Assembly (NCBI GenBank): GCA_030390025.1
Contig: CM059432.1
Location: forward strand, 31,002,001 to 31,066,000
Length of the DNA stretch: 64,000 nucleotides
Source of the DNA: Squalus acanthias
Taxonomy: Eukaryota
Reading direction: 5' to 3'
The notes under the pieces were generated by a model. That model was not told where the DNA came from and made no database searches. It saw nothing but the letters and a program-made list of their open reading frames with translations. A program made the position numbers and the translations under genes. Below are positions 48,356-62,310 of this stretch, piece by piece. How positions within the stretch are numbered: position 1 is the first letter of the stretch; each line of letters begins with the position of its first letter.

Positions 48356-49569
48356 AGCAGTCTGCTCTTTCGCTTCTTATCAAGATGCAGCAACCAGTTC
48401 TCTCCCGCTTTGTGCTGAAGGTGGCGTTTTCCAGCTGGGTATGGCTCCATGAGTAGTTGCGCTCCTTCACTACCTCACCTAGTGCCCATTTCTAATGTGC
48501 AAGTCTGCACAGTGAAGGCTCGGTTTTGAACAACATGCCCCAAGCAGTTTGGAGCTTTGCCTGCTGGCCGCAAAGCTGATTGAACAGTTAGAAAAGTCAT
48601 GGGCCGCACCATCACAATTTCCTGACAGTCAAATATGATCGGCAAAGCTCTCCATTGCCAGCCCTTGAGTGTCATCATATGAGCGTCATAGCCGAATCTA
48701 ACCTTTTCATTCCCCAGAGCCCACACACGTGTGCATGGTCCAGCAATCCATGACACCCATTGACCTGGCATTCTGGGGGATGTCATTGCAATTGTGCCAA
48801 TTTTATCTGGCCCTGTATGACGCAACCATCCCATGTTTGCCAATTCCCTTGGCACCATAGGCAAGCTGATTGTTCAGTTAGTATTCCACCGCTCACTCCT
48901 ATATAATGTATTTGTTAAAAGCTGCATCGGTCCATTGAAAAATCATTATGGGAACAATTGTTTTGATTGCTATGTATGGCAATATCGTAACCATGTTCTT
49001 TTTGGAGTGGATTTACAATGTCACTAGACATTGGGCTCTGTAGTGCCCGTTTTTTTAGGCGCTACGCAGCCTCCTAACGCTCAAAAATGGGGTCTAAGAT
49101 GTGCACACACACTTTGACAGGAAGTGTGCCGGACACCATCTTGGTGAAGGGGTTTGTGTGTGCACACCTAACGACCACCAGCAGCATGCAGAGCGGGCAG
49201 TTTATGATGTCAATCAGCGTGCAACACTGAACTGACGCCGGCGCTGCCATTTTCGAACTCCACGTTTCAGCCAACGCCCTGTCTTAACTTCACACAACTT
49301 TCCCTTCTCCTGCTTACGGCCATCCTGTTCCTCATCTAAAGTGATTTGAAATGTGTTCCCATTGTTGTGCTCATTGTGTGATTCTCAAATTGGAAAATCA
49401 TGGAGCTCCCCATCCACACACTGATGGAGCTTTTCTATGTGTTAAATGTTTGGTGTTACATTGGAGCGGGCCATATTTTATTAAACATGGTTTTGGAACC
49501 TAGGTTTCCTGCAGGTTCTCGTGACAGCATGGTGCTGTCACAAGACACCTTTGCCAAAGTATAATGATA

Positions 49570-50175
49570 TTTATCTTCCCCGGTAGGGTGCAGCATTTAA
49601 ATCTATCTCTGCAACGTTGCTTCTTTCCACCCTTGCCTCAAGCTCCTCTACCGCTGAAAGCCTCATACATGTCTTTGTCACCTCCAGATTTGATTATTCT
49701 AACGCTCTCATTGCCGTCCTCCCATCCTTCATCCTTCATAAAATGCAACTTGTACAAAACTCTGTGCACTTGAGTCCCATTCATCCAACGCTCCCCTCCT
49801 CTCTGACCGACACTGGCTCCCAGTCCCTGCAACACATTCAATGCAGAATTCATGCCCTCATCTATAAATCTCTCCACGGCCTGGCGCCATAATGCCTCAG
49901 CAATCTCTCGTCCCATATCTCCTCCTGAACACTCAATTCCTCTGACACTGGCCTTCTTAGCATCTCCCTCCCTCTCCCTTTACCCCACCAGTGGTGATAG
50001 AGCCTGTAGCCACCTCAGTCCAACTCTTTGGAGCTCCCTGCCTCTGCACATCACTCGCCATCTTTAAAAATCTTCTTAAAACCCATCTCTTCAACCAAGA
50101 TTTCAGTCCAATTTGTCCCTTCCTGGCTCAATGCCCAATTTACACCTACTTATGAGCACCTTGGGATGTTTCATA
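49570..50175 (+). mobile_element. L2 LINE 3' portion
   Basis: LIHVFVTSRFDYSNALI..KMQLVQNS and L2 3' UTR. Confidence 0.82.
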
Positions 50176-50399
50176 AATAGGTGTATTTTGGGATACACAA
50201 TATGAGGCATTTGTGACATGACACATGGTAAGTAGCATTGGGAGGAACAGGTGACTTTGGACCTATACATCCCAATGCTCTCCACCACTGGGGATTTTCC
50301 TCATCAAATGTCTGGGTCTGTTGTAGACTAATTGATAGAGATTGATTGCCATGATTAGTCAACAACTCCATTATCATTGTATCATGTGACTATCAGGAT

Positions 50400-52433
50400 T
50401 TCTTTTTATTCATTTCTGGGATGTGGGCATCGCTGGCAAGGCCAGCATTTATTGGCCATCCCTAATTGCCCTTGAGAAGGTGGTGGTGAGCTGCCTTCTT
50501 GAACCACTGCTGTGCGGGAGGGAGTTCCAGGATTCTGATCCAGCGACAATGAAGGAATGGCAATATATTTCCAAGTCAGGATGGTGTGTGACTTGGAGGG
50601 AAACTTGCAGGTGATGGTGTTCCCATACTGCCCTTGTCCTTCTAGGTGGTAGAAGTCGCAGCTTTGGGAGGTGCTGTCAAAGAAGCCTTGATGAGTTGCT
50701 GCAGTGCATCTTGTAAATGGTACACACTGCAGCCATGGTGCGCCAGTGGTGGAGGGAGTGAATGTTTAAGGTGGTGGATGGGGTGCCAATCAAGCGGGCT
50801 GTTTTGTCCTGGATGGTGCCGCGCTTCTTGAGTGTTGTTGGAGCTGCACTCATCCAAGCAAGTGAAGAGTATTCCATCACACTCCTGACTTGTGCCTTGT
50901 AGATGGTGGAAAGGCTTTGGGGAGTCAGGAGGTGAGACACTCGCCGCAGAATAACCACCCTCTGACCTTCTCTTGTATTTATGGTCCGGTTAAGCTTCTG
51001 GTCAGTGGTTACCCCCAAGATGTTGATGGTGGGGGATTTGGCAATGCTAATGTCGTTGAATGTCTAGTGGCTAGATTCTCTCTTGTTGGAGATAGTCATT
51101 GCCTGGCACAAATATTACTTGCCACTTATCAGTCTAAGCCTGAATGTCGGCAAGGTCTTGCTGCATGCGGGCATGGACTGCTTCATTATCTGAGGAGTTG
51201 CGAATGGAACTGAACAGTGCAATCATCAGCGAACATCCCCACTTCTGACCCTTATGATAGAGGGAAGGTCATTGATGAAGCAGCTGAAGATGGTTGGGCC
51301 TAGGACACTGCCCTGAGGAACTCCTGCAGCGATGACCTGGGGCTGAGAATTTGGCCTCCAACATCCACAACCATCTTCCTTTGTGCTAGGTATGACTTCA
51401 GCCAATGGAGAGTTTTCCCCCTGATTCCTATTGACTTCAACTTTACAACGGCTCCTTGATGTCACACATGGTCAAATGCTGCCTTGATGTCAAAGTCAGT
51501 CTGATTCACCTTGCCTCTGGAAATCAGCTCTTTTCTCCATGTTTGGACCAAGGCTGTAATGAGGTCTGGAGCCGAGTGGTCCTGGCGGAACCCAAACTAA
51601 GCATTGGTGAGCAGGTTATTGGTGAGTAAGTGCCGCTTGATAGCACTGTCGACGACACCTTCCATCACTTTGCTAATGATTGAGAGTAGACTGATGGGGC
51701 GGTAAATGGCCAGATTGGATTTATCCTGCTTTTTGTGGACAGGACATACATAGAATCATAGAATGGTTACAGCACAGAAGGAGGCCATTCAGCCCATCGA
51801 ACCCGTGCTGGCTCTCTGCAAGAGCACTTCAGCTAGTTCCACTCCCCCGCCCTTTCCCCATATCCCTGCAAATTTTTTTTCTTCAGGTACTTATCCAATT
51901 TCCTTTTGAAAGCCATGACTGAGACTGCCTCCACCACCCTTTCAGGCAATAAATTCCAGATCCTAACCACTTGTTGCGTAAAAAGGTTTTTCCTCTTGTC
52001 TCCTTTGGTTCTTTTGCCAATCACCTTCAACCAGGGGCAGTTTTCCACATTGTCGGGTAGATGCCAGTGTTGTAGCTGTACTGGAACAGCTTGGCTAGAG
52101 GCGCGGCTAGTTCTGGAGCACAAGTGTTCAGCACAATATCCAGGATGTTGTTGGGACCCATAGCCTTTGCTGTATCCAGTGCGCTCAGTCGTTTCTTGAT
52201 TACACGTGGAGTGAATCGAATTGGCTGAAGACTGGTTTCTGCAATAGGTGGGACCTCAGGAGGAGGCCGAGATGGATCATCCACTCGACACTTCTGGCTG
52301 AAGATGGTTGCAAACATTTCAGCCTTGGCCTTTGCACTCAGGTGCTGGGCTCTGCCATCAGTGACGATGGGGATGTTCATGGAGCCACCTCCTCCCGTTA
52401 GTTGTTTAATTGTCCACCACCATTCATGACTGG
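50400..52433 (-). mobile_element. Family B LINE with a nested CR1 tail (~51748-52030)
   Basis: GVPQGSVLGPTIFSCFINDLP, DTAKAMGP..APELAAPLAKLFQYS, LSTIYKAQVRSVMEY. Confidence 0.9.
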
Positions 52434-54709
52434 TAGAAGGTGAGCGAGTTAGACCTTTGTCTTCCTTTCTCTAGCAATTCCAATGATTTTTTACATTAAT
52501 GCTATTATATAGAGGGAAGTTGTTCTTGTTGAGATTACAGTACCTTGTAGAGGTATATAAGATAGAAAATGGTATGGAAAAGGTTGTTCCAAAAAATTAC
52601 ATTATACTATGCTATTTGATTAGGACACAGGAACAAACAGTAAAAGGCAAATTTAAGACTGATATCAGGAGCTTCTTCTTCACAAAAATAGTGATCAATA
52701 CATAGAATGCATTTCCATGTAGCGGAGTGGTGGCAAAACCGCTGGAATTATTTAATTGCATGCAGTGATAAGGGGAACTGGGGGATCTTTCTGAATGGAT
52801 GAATTATAATGAATGGGCGCCCTTATCTGTGTCTGTGTTGTGATCTTGTGATGATTTAAATCAATTCAAAACATGACTGATCTTAATAACTAATGCCTCC
52901 ATGTTGTAAGACACAGAAATAAACAAAAATGCTGTTTGTCTTTGGGCTATTCCACCATGAGTGGCATCAGAACCAAGCCAGTCCAGTTTACCGAGTGCAA
53001 TTTGTGGCCTTCATTATGAGTTACAAAAGATTCAAAGGAGCTGCTTTGCAATCAAGTGCTCGTGACTTTGAAGTTACAACAGAAAGCTCTGCTGTTAGAA
53101 ATAACTTCTCAGCTTCAATTTTGGCTTGCGATAAAGATCTAGACGGCTCATTCCCAGAAGAGTTGTGGTTAACCTCCATAACAACTGAAATTGGGCTTAA
53201 TTTGAGTTTAATGTGCAGTGTCCTGTATTGATTGGAATGGGTGGTAAATGTGCTTCAGTAATTCTGCAGGACTTTTTTCATTTTTCTTTTGATCTCCATC
53301 CAAGTGTTGACAGGTTTGCTTTACAAATCTCCCCAGCAGGGTCCGTGATTCCCAATTCTCAGCGAGTTTCACTGCACGGATATGTACTGATAGCTGATAA
53401 GCTCCATTTACAACATTCTCCAGGGGCTCCCCCCCCAGAAGATTGAAATGACAACTGTTTCCCTCAGCTGCACAGTTTTACCACAGTGAAGCAAGGCAGG
53501 CATTCTGAAGTTACATCGACATTTATTTACTGGCTGTCATCTCACAGAGGGAGGAAGGGAGTGGGAGGCGATGTGTTTAATGGGAAGATGTTAGCAGGGT
53601 CTAATGTTGCATTTAATTTACAGCGGTTGCTGTAAGCTAGGTGAGGCAGGTGTTCAGCCATCAGAGATATCGAGACCTGCATGAAGTAAACGGAATATGT
53701 GGCAGATAACTATCGCTTGTAGCTGATGCATGGGGTTTCCATATTGCTTCATTTCTTGGCAAGTGTGCTTGATCCAACTCAAGCATGTATATGGTTCTGC
53801 TTTGTAATTTTAAGTACTGGAATATTTTAGATTTAACAAAGGGCCGATTTTCCTCTGGGACCCCCTAGCCGAGCTCCCTCCTAGCACAGGCCCACTCCTG
53901 ACAGGGTCTTGTGCTATCAGTGGAGGATGGAAACAGGAGCATAGCTGCAGGCCTGATTGGCCTGGTGAACAGTAGCTAGAAGGTCCTGAGGCCTGAAGAT
54001 CGTGTGGAGGTTGAGGGTGGGGCGGGGTGGAAGGAAGAGAGGGTAACTTCACTTATCCATGGCCACCTTGGATCAGTGAGATGTTCCGGCACCCCTGCAT
54101 ACCCCTTCAGTCTGTGGAGGGTCCCGATGCAAGCCCCATTGTTAGCTTTATGGAGGTGCACACCTGCATTTGGGCATCTCATGGGCAGACAAAGAGGAAG
54201 GTGAGGTAGTAGGGCCAGAATGCCATCCTCTCCCTCATCTAATACCCAGAATGCCACCCTCTCCCTCATCGATTGCTCACCGGCTTACTCAAGATGCAGA
54301 CCCAGTACCTGCCCATTTTGGAAATCCCAGGGCAGGTATTGGGTGCGGAGACATAAGGAGTCACCATTACCTTTTCCACTTTGTTGTGTCTGGGAACTGA
54401 GCGTGCACCCAGGCAGAGCAAAGAAGAAAACCAGCATGGCTGTTGTTGCTGTCAAAAACTGTGAATTGGACGCATGTTAACAGCAGCTAACGGTGTTGAG
54501 TACTTCAAGGGTTAAACACTTTATAATGAGATAGTAGAGTGTTGAGTAGATTTGCTTTCTAGGTTTTTAATACGTGCTTCCAGTGCTGCAGAGAGATTGT
54601 GGTCCCTTTTGTTCTATTCTAACAGTGAGGAAGTCAAAGCAAGTGCAATTGCTTACTTTCAGCTGATGTGTCAATCTGTACATTTGATCCACCTTCTGCT
54701 TTAATCCTT

Positions 54710-55165
54710 ATACACATGAAGAAAGGTTGAGCAGGTTGGGCCTAAACTCATTGGAGTTTAGAAGAATGAGAGGGGATCTTATTGAAACATATAAGATTCT
54801 GAAGGGGCTTGACAGGGTAGATGCAGAGAGGATGTTTCCCCTCGTGGGGGCATCTAGAACTAGGGGGCATAATTTCAGAATAAGGGGGCACCCATTTGAA
54901 ACGGAAATGAGGAGGAATTTCTTCTCTCAGGGGGTCGTGAATCTTTGGCATTCTCTTCCCCAGAGAGCTGTGGAGGCTGGGTCATTGAATATATTTAAGG
55001 TGGAGATAGACAGATTTTTTAATGGTAAGGGAGTCAAGGGTTATGGGGATCGGGCAGGGAAGTGGAGTTGAGGCCAAGATCAGATCAGCCATGATTTTAT
55101 TGAATGGCGGAGCAGGCTCGAGGGGCCAAATAACCAACTCCTGCTCCTACGTCTTATATGTTCTT
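54710..55165 (+). mobile_element. CR1 3' fragment
   Basis: RRMRGDLIETYKILKGLDRVD..RNFFSQGVVNLW. Confidence 0.9.
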
Positions 55166-56014
55166 ATATATATGTTCACAGCTCTCCACCATTACACTCA
55201 CTGAGTTTAATTCTTCTTTCTGTTCTTTTGTTCTTTTGTAAAGAAAGAATTCTTGCTATTTTCCCTCTTCCTTGCCTGAGGTAGTGGCTCTTGCTGGGGA
55301 ACAGGCAATAGCCACCCTCTTGGCCCCTCGCCCAAGAGGGTCAATTCTTCATGTGCAAGCCTAGACGGTGAGGGTCGGTGGGTTATTTGATCACGGAGGA
55401 AGCCACAACTAAGCCAAGTGTGGTGGAAGTGGACACTGTAAGGTTGACTCAGCAAGTGGGTGCCAGTGAGGATCAACACTCACAAGGCATGTAGGTCAGG
55501 AAATCATGGGCCACAACCTGTGACTCTGCAGGACCAAACCTTCTGTACCTGCACTCGGTGTTCAATGGGTGTGCTCCATTGTAGAATCAGCCCTAATGAG
55601 CGTTTCAATAACAGGCTCAAGAAATTAGATGCAGTTTTGCAGAAACTGAGGGATATGGTACAAAGGCAGTGGGTAGATGGGGACGATGGGGTTCATCTGT
55701 GAAGAAAGAATGGGTTTGTTGGACTTAATAGTCTTTTCTTATTATTAATTCCCATGGACTAAAAGAAAGTCTAACAAGAGGGACTGTGGAGGAGATGATA
55801 AGTGATGAACACATTGCTCTGCGGTGAATATGGCTACAAACTGAAGTGATAGGAACATAGGAATTGCTGGACGACAAAATAGACCAAGGCCAATCTAATT
55901 CGTCTTCTACCATCCTGGTAGTCACATGATACAATGGTAATGAGTTATTGACCAATCATAGTAATCAGTCTCTATCAATGAGTCTACAACAGACCCAGAC
56001 AAAATATGGAAAAA

Positions 56015-57190
56015 GAGCCAGAGGTGAGGTGAGAGTGACTGCCCTTGACATCAAGGCAGCATTTGACCGAGTGTGGCATCAAGGAGCCCTAGTAAAACTG
56101 AAGTCAATTAGAATCGGGGGGGGAAACTCTCCACTAGCTGAAGTCATGCCTAGCACAAAGGAAGATGGTTGTGGTGGTTGAAGGTCAATCATCACAGCCC
56201 CAGGACATCGCTGTAGGAGTTCCTCAGGGCAGTGTCCTAGGTCCAACCATCTTCAGCTGCTTCATCAATGACCTTCCCTCCATCATAAGATCAGAAGTGG
56301 GGATGTTCGCTGATGACTGCACAGCGTTCAGTGCCGTTCACAACTCCTCAGATAATGAGGCAGTCCATACCCGAATGCAGCAAGACCGGGACTACATTCA
56401 GGCTTAGGCTGATAAGTGGCAGGTAATATTTGCGCCACACAATGACTTTCTCCAAAAATGAGCATCTAACCATTGAAATTCAATGGCATTAGCATCGCCG
56501 AATCCCCCACCATCAATATCTTGGGGGGTCACCATTGACCAGAAACTTAACTGGACCAGACACATAAATACTGTAGCAACAAGAGCAGGTCAGAGGCTGG
56601 GTATTCTGCGGTGAGTGTCTCACCTCCTGACTCCCCAAAGCCTTTCCACCATCTACAAGGCACAAGTCAGGAGTGTGATGGAATACTCTCCACTTGCCTG
56701 GATAAGCTCAGCTCCAACAACACTCAAGAAGCTCGACACCATCCAGGACAAAGCAGCCCATTTGATTGGCAGCCCATCCACCACCTTAAACATTCACTCC
56801 CTCCATCACCGACGTACCGTGGCTGCAGTGTGTACCATCTACAAAATGCACTGCAGCAACTCGCCAAGGCTTCTTCGGCAGCACCTCCCAAACCCGCAAC
56901 CTCTTCCACCTAGAAGGACAAGGGCAGCAGGTGCATGGGAACACCACCATCTCCAAGTTCCCTCAAATTCACACACCATCCTGACTTGGAAATATATCGC
57001 CGATCCTTCATCGTCGCTGGGTCAAAATCCGAGAACTCCCTCCCTAACAGCACTGTGGGAGCACCTTCACCACACGGACAGCAGCAGTTGAAGAAGGCGG
57101 CTCACCACCACCTTCTCAAGGGCAACTAGGGATGGGCAATAAATGCTGGCCTTGCCAGTGCCGCACACATCCCAGGAATGAATTAAAAAA
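56015..57190 (+). mobile_element. Family B LINE 3' portion
   Basis: ALDIKAAFDRVWHQG, GVPQGSVLGP, MFADDC, 3' UTR ending aatgaattaaaaaaa. Confidence 0.9.
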
Positions 57191-57780
57191 AAGACATGAT
57201 GAAAACCCCAATGGTGGAGAGTTTTGGGAACCACAGGTTCAAAGCCACCTGTTCATCCCAAGCATGCTACACTTACCACATGTCATGTCTCAAATTACTC
57301 ATATACTAGATCCCAAAATATTATTTGCTGATGAGATGTGGTTGCCAACTACAACACCTAAGAAATCCCATCACAATCCATTCTTAATTAATTTTCTCGA
57401 GGCTAATAAAGGCTCAATTGATTTTTCCATAAGTGCAGAGCCTATAACTAACTGAACTATACACAAAACAATCAAGGCTTATGATGGATTAATGCACCTT
57501 CTGTCCATATAATCCGAGTGGAGGGCCTGAGTTATGTAAGATTAATGTGTGTGAAACTTCCTGTGAGCCTTTTGGCTTAGTTTTAAGGCATGTAATGAAA
57601 TATTCTGACTGTGTTAATCTATAATTAAAGTGACCAGAGTAGGTTTTACAAATAATCAAGAGGTGAATGTTAATATTAAAGGCATATTGTACTGGCAAAG
57701 AATCTAGCATGGTCTTTTCAAAGGCAGATGGGTAGAATCAGAGTTGGTAATGTGGCAACATCACTGTACCACCAGTTACT

Positions 57781-59278
57781 GGCCTAGAAATTGGTCCGCC
57801 CCAATATGGCGGGCAGGAAGTTTGTGCACATTTCTGGCCGGAAGTGTGCTGCATATCATATTGAGTAAGGACAAACAAGAGGCGTTCTCTATCCACACCT
57901 GAAGCAAGCGTTAGGCCCTTTGCATATACAATATACAATAACACCTGTTTGAGGTTCCCTCTCCAAAATTGATTTGTCCTCAGGCAACCAGCACCATTGC
58001 GGGCTGCCTTCAGGGAAACAGCCCTAGGGATTGCTTGCAACAAAGAACGTAAAAAAACTTACCTGAATGTGGAGCCAGGAGGAGCAGGAATGCTCCTCCC
58101 AGCCACACAGTTAACCTCTCCCGACCCGCATCTCACCCGCTGGCCTCCTCTCCCGAACCACAAACCACCTCCCCGGTCTCCACACCCAACGCTCGATCCT
58201 CCCCCCAGCCTCCTCTCCCAATCACTGATCCCCCCACCCCCCAGCCTCCTCTCCCAATCACTGATCCTCCTCCACCTAGCCTCCTCTCCCAATCACTGAT
58301 CACCCCAGCCGCCTCTCTCAATCACTGATCCCCACCCCCAGCCTCCTCTCCCAATCACTGATTCCCCCCCCCCAGCCTCCTCCCAATCACTGATCCTCCC
58401 CCACCTATCCTCCTCTCCCAATCACTGATCCTCCCTCCAGCCTCCTCTCCCAATCACTGATCCTTTCCCCCATCCTCCTCTCCCAATCACTGATCCTTTC
58501 CCCCATCCTCCTCTCCCAATCACTGATCCTTTCCCCCATCCTCCTCTCCCAATCACTGATTTCCCCCCCCAGCCTCCTCTCCCAATCACTGATCCCCCCC
58601 CAGCCTCCTCTCCCAATCACTGATCCCCCCCCAGCCTCCTCTCCCAATCACTGATCCTCCCCTCCAGCCTCCTCTCCCAATCACTGATCCCCCCCAGCCT
58701 CCTCTCCCAATCACTGATTCCCCCCCAGCCTCCTCTCCCAATCACTGATCCTCCCCCACCTATCCTCCTCTCCCAATCACTGATCCTCCCCCTCCAGCCT
58801 CCTCTCCCAATCACTGATCCTCCCTCCAGCCTCCTCTCCCAATCACTGATCCTTTCCCCCATCCTCCTCTCCCAATCACTGATCCTTTCCCCCATCCTCC
58901 TCTCCCAATCACTGATTCTCCCCCCAGCCTCCTCTCCCAATCACTGATCCTCACCCCCAGCCTCCTCTCCCAACCTCCCCGACTGGCCTCCATGATACCC
59001 AACCACCACGATTCCTGGATTCCCGATTCCCCGAACTGCGGCCCTGATCCCCAGCTCAATCCCTACCCTGACCACCGGCCTGACCCGGTCCCTTACCTGT
59101 GACGCTAGCAGTGGCCCGATATTGCAGAACTCTTCAACGTCGGGCTCCGATGCAGCGTCGGCACCATTATAAAGAGGCTCGGGGCCCAATATCTGGGGAG
59201 CCTCGGGCCTCAGCATTCTGTCACACAGAATGCACCCAGTGCCTCTGCACCTCCCAAAATGACTGAATTTTTGGGCCA
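57781..59278. mobile_element. TIR element related to 2422-3056, expanded by an internal minisatellite
   Basis: Termini ggcctagaaatt ... aatttttgggcc. Shares ttaggccc..catat..aacacctgtttgagg and gtggagcca..ggagcagga with the 2422 element. Confidence 0.72.
58195..58975 (+). repeat. C-rich minisatellite, ~29-33-bp unit (ccccccagcctcctctcccaatcactgatc)
   Basis: Directly visible, about 25 units. Confidence 0.95.
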
Positions 59279-59319
59279 ATATTTTTAAGTATTAGTGGAT
59301 TTCCTGTGGCATTGCTCAT

Positions 59320-59676
59320 TATAGAATCATAGAATCGTAGAATGGTTACAGCACAGAAAGAGGCCATTCAGCCCGTCGAGCCTGTGCCGGCTCTCTGCAA
59401 GAGCACTTCAGCTAGTCCCACTCCCCCGCCCTTTCCCCGTAGTCCTGCAATTTTTTTTCTTTCAGGTACTTAACCAATTCCCTTTTGAAAGCCACGATTG
59501 AGTCTGCCTCCACCACCCTTTCAGGCAGTGCATTCCAGATCATAACCACTCGCTGCGTAAAAAAGTTTTTCCTCATGTCGCCTTTGGTTCTTTTGCCAAT
59601 CACCTTAAATCTGTGTCCTCTGGTTCTCAACCCGTCCGCCAATGGGAACAGTTTCTCTCTATCTACTCTGTCTAGA
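59320..59676 (-). mobile_element. CR1 3' fragment
   Basis: RTRGHRFKVIGKRTKGDMRKNFFTQRVV and (tagaatca)n tail. Confidence 0.88.
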
Positions 59677-60002
59677 GCTAGATGGCACCCTGTTTTATAA
59701 TGACAAGAGCATTATACCATGTAACACAGCGTATTATTCTGCTTTTACCCTTTCAGGCAATTTGTTGCTAGTAGGCGCGTCTTGAAGTCACTTGGAGCTT
59801 AATTGCCCTTGATAGAAAGAAAGAAACAACTTTCATTCATATATCGCATTCACAGCCAATGAAGTACTTTTGAAGTGTAGCGACTGTTATAATGTAGGTA
59901 AACGCAGCAGTCAATTTACAGACAGTAAGGTCCCACAAACAGCAATGAGATAATGACCAATTTAACTCTTTTTGCTGATGTTGGTTGAGGTAGCCAAGCA
60001 GA

Positions 60003-60973
60003 TTTTTTTTAAATTCGTTTATGGGATGTGGGCGTCGCTGGCAAGGCCAGCATTTATTGCCCATCCCTAGTTGCCCTTGAGAAGGTGATGGTGAGCCGCC
60101 TTCTTGAACCGCTGCAGTCCGTGTGGTGAAGGTACTCCCACAGTGCTGTTAGGGAGGGAGTTCCAGGATTTTGACCCAGCGACGATGAAGGATCGGCGAT
60201 ATACTTCTAAGTCAGGATGGTGTGTGACTTGGAGGGGAACTTGGAGGTGGTGGTGTTCCCATGCGCCTGCTGCCCTTGTCCTTCTAGGTGGAAGAGGATC
60301 GTGGGTTTGGGAGGTGGGGCCGAAGAAGCCTTGGTGAGTTGCTGCGGTGCATCTTGTAGATGGTACACACTGCAGCCAAGTTACGCCGGTGGTGGAGGGA
60401 GTGAATGTTTAATGTGGTGGATGGGGTGCCAATCAAGTGGGCTGATTTGTCCTGGATGGTGTCGAACTTCTTGAGTGTTGTTGGAGCTGCACTCATCCAG
60501 GCAAGTGGAGAGTATTCCATCACACTCCTTACTTGTGCCTTGTAGATGGTGGAAAGGCTTTGGGGAGTCATGAGGTGAGACACTCGCCGCAGAATACCTA
60601 GCCTCTGACCTGCTCTTGTTGCCACAGTATTTATGTGGCTGGTCCAGTTAAGTTTCTGGTTAATGGTTACCCACAGGATGTTGATAGTGGGGGATTCGGC
60701 GATGGTAATGCCGTTGAATGTCAAGGGGCGGTGGTTAGACTCTCGCAGAGATAGTCATTGCCTGGCACTTCTGTGGCGCGAATGTTACCTGCCACTTATC
60801 AGCCCAAGCCTGAATGTCGTCCAGGTCTTGCAGCATACGGGCATAGACTGCTTCATTATCTGAGGAGTTGCAAATGGCGCTGAACACTGTGCAGTCATCA
60901 GCGAACATCCCCATTTCTGACCTTATGTTGGAGGAAGGTCATTGATGAAGCAGCTGAAGATGGTTGGGCCTAG
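60003..60973 (-). mobile_element. Family B LINE 3' portion
   Basis: LSTIYKAQVRSVMEYSPLAW etc. Confidence 0.9.
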
Positions 60974-61294
60974 GGAGAGGGGAATGCACAAGAAGCTGGA
61001 GTCAGAGGAATGGAGAATCCGGGAAGGGATACAGATTTGAGGGGATTGCAGAGATTTGGTTGGGGAAGGCCATTAAGCAACTTGAAGACAAGGGTAAGGA
61101 TTTTAAGGATTGAGGCACTGGGAGCCGGGCAGCTAATTTAGTTCAGCAAGGACTGGGGTGATGGGTGAGTGGAACAGAGTTTTGGATGATATTTAAGTTT
61201 CTGCCTGCAGAATCTTTCTCAGTATAAGGGGAAGGGCCGTATAGACCAGCAGTGCATTGCTGGCCTATGGGGGCAAATAAAGGGGTCAGCTGAG

Positions 61295-62310
61295 AATCAG
61301 AGAATGGTTACAGCACAGAAAGAGGCCATTCGGCCCATCGAGCCCGTGCCAGCTCTCTGCAAGAGCATTTCAGCTAGTCCTACTTCCCCACCCTTTCCCC
61401 CTAGCCCTGCAAAATTTTTTTCTTTCAGGTACTTTTCCAACACCATTTTGAAAGCCGTGATTGAGTTTGCCTCCACCACCCTTTCAGGTAATGCAATCCA
61501 GAGCCTAACCACTTGCTGCATAAAAAGTTTTTTTCTTATGTCGCCTTTGGTTCTTTTTCCAATCACCTTCAATCTGTATCCTCTGGTTCTCGACCCCTCT
61601 GCCAATGGGAACAGTTTCTCTCTGTCTACTCTGTCCAGACCCATCATGATTTTGAAAACCTCTATCAAATCTCCTCTCAATGTTCTCTGCTCTAAGGAGA
61701 ACAATCCCACCTTTCCAGTCTATCCACGTAACTGAAGTCCCTCATCCCTGGAATCATTCTCGTAAATCTTTTCTGCACCATCTCTAAGGCCTTCACATCC
61801 TTCCTAAAGTGTGGTGCTCAGAATTGGACAAAATACCCCAGTTAAGGCTGAACCAGTGTTTTATAAAGGTTCAGCATAATTTCCACGCATTTGTACTCTA
61901 TACCTCTATTCATGAAGCCCAGGATCCCGTAAGCTTTTTTAACTGCTTTCTCAACCTGCCCTGCCATCTTCAACGATTTGTGCACATATACCTCTAGGTC
62001 TCTCTGTTCATGCACCCCTTTTAGGATTGAACCCTTTAGTTTATATTTCCTCCCTCATTCTTTCTACCAAAATGTATCACTTCGCATTTTTCTGCATTAA
62101 ATTTCATCTGCCACGTGTCTGCCCATTCCACCAGCCTGTCTATTTCCTCTTGAAGTCTGTCACTATATTCCTCACTGTTCACTATACTTCCAAGTTTTGT
62201 GTCATCTGCAAACTTTGAAATTGTGCTGTGTACACCCACATCCGTGTCATTAATATATATTAAGAAAAGCAGTAGTCCTAGAACCGACCCCTGGGGAACA
62301 CCACTTTATA
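61295..62310 (-). mobile_element. CR1 LINE 3' portion
   Basis: KFADDTKLG..WQMKFNAEKCEVIHFG and LRGDLIEVFKIM. Confidence 0.9.

Noticed and set aside
58059..59059. Gly/Arg/Trp-rich ORFs (ISDWERRLGG)n
   Set aside because: Minisatellite translation with variable unit length and frequent frameshifts.
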